Of a DNA stretch of 64,000 bases, positions 63,889-64,000 are shown piece after piece. The notes below the pieces were generated by a model. The model made no database searches and was not told the origin of the DNA. It saw only the letters and a list, made by a program, of their open reading frames with translations. Each line of letters begins with the position of its first letter. Position 1 is the stretch's first letter. Source of the DNA: Dehalococcoidia bacterium (GTDB lineage Bacteria; Chloroflexota; Dehalococcoidia; Tepidiformales; Tepidiformaceae); the NCBI GenBank assembly GCA_009839725.1, contig VXPF01000024.1:94775-158774 (forward strand). The letters are read 5' to 3'. The translations under genes were made by a program, and so were the position numbers.

Positions 63889-64000
63889 CGAAGATGATTC
63901 AGATCCGCAACGTCCCCGATGAGGTCCACCGTGAGGCCAAGGTGCGAGCCGCTCGTGCCGGCATGACCCTCTCCGCCTACCTGCTGCGGGAGATCGAGCG
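63885..64000 (+). CDS. Ribbon-helix-helix antitoxin (FitA/VapB/Arc-like), 5' part only
   Basis: MSKMIQIRNVPDEVHREAKVRAARAGMTLSAYLLREIE has the typical RHH antitoxin N-terminus (IRNVPDE...H...LK..A...G.SL..YL). It runs off the window. Confidence 0.7.
   Translation, partial: MSKMIQIRNVPDEVHREAKVRAARAGMTLSAYLLREIE

Noticed and set aside
1-64000. Many other long shadow ORFs, for example 5190-6710, 4952-6634, 12583-14346, 17385-18662, 18960-20315, 25990-27552, 29394-30791, 35285-37129, 38210-39688, 38986-40413, 51895-53358, 53514-54869, 54785-55996, 56189-58039 and 59958-61361
   Set aside because: Each is antisense or out of frame to a gene with a clear family signature. All show Arg/Gly/Pro/Ala-dominated composition, which is characteristic of non-coding frames in GC-rich DNA.
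1-64000. CRISPR arrays, rRNA genes, transposases, integrases, and prophage or defence-system genes
   Set aside because: The only regularly spaced repeats are in-frame coding tandem repeats (12925-13050 and 52624-52734). I saw no recombinase, nuclease/ATPase defence signatures or phage structural genes. I found no repeat of either tRNA 3' end by eye, but an exhaustive repeat search was not possible without tools.

Overview
This is a GC-rich bacterial chromosomal segment with strong GC3 bias and about 75 genes. I recognise no rRNA, CRISPR array, transposase or integrase.

**Layout**
- **1-33 kb, accessory/catabolic region.** It holds five intact cytochrome P450s, with a sixth surviving only as a 3' relic at 61.5 kb. 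It also holds three luciferase-like (LLM) flavin/F420-type oxidoreductases and two paralogous D-aminoacylase-family amidohydrolases. MFS transporters, NTF2-like proteins and SDRs each occur as tandem pairs. The rest comprises a nitroreductase, a PPOX/F420-type protein, a cupin, alpha/beta hydrolases, an ABC importer with no ATPase gene, NhaA and a Zn-ribbon-GNAT. I see no ferredoxin or reductase partner and no transcription factor anywhere in this half.
- **33-48 kb, mostly housekeeping.** Genes are class I aldolase, clpP, a translationally coupled lysS-NUDIX-serS block, greA, rsmD, coaD, a YtxJ-like thiol protein, a PaaI thioesterase and a phosphotriesterase-family protein. An unrecognised 561-aa protein and a GH18-like protein with a degenerate catalytic motif are also here.
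- **48-64 kb, mixed.** It carries tRNA-Arg and a repeat-rich His/Glu/Gly lipoprotein next to an OmpR/HK two-component pair. Cell-envelope hydrolases, a divergent ACP-like / thioredoxin-fold / PlsC-like cluster, GYD, amt and the start of an RHH antitoxin with palindromic operators complete it.

**Limits.** All family calls come from motif recognition by eye; no database search was run. Starts were refined from the ORF track using SD sequences and paralogue alignment. The gene profile (P450/LLM/amidohydrolase paralogue expansion, F420-type families, Tat lipoproteins) resembles SAR202-type Chloroflexota or some Actinomycetota. That taxonomic guess is inference only.

**Best candidates for something undescribed**
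- the lipoprotein plus two-component locus (51.5-55 kb)
- the ten-gene flavin/F420-type operon (21.1-29.3 kb)
- the ACP-like cluster (58.7-61.5 kb)
- the 561-aa orphan (35.1-36.8 kb)
- the small AT-richer insert with polyproline micro-ORFs (9.2-10.1 kb)
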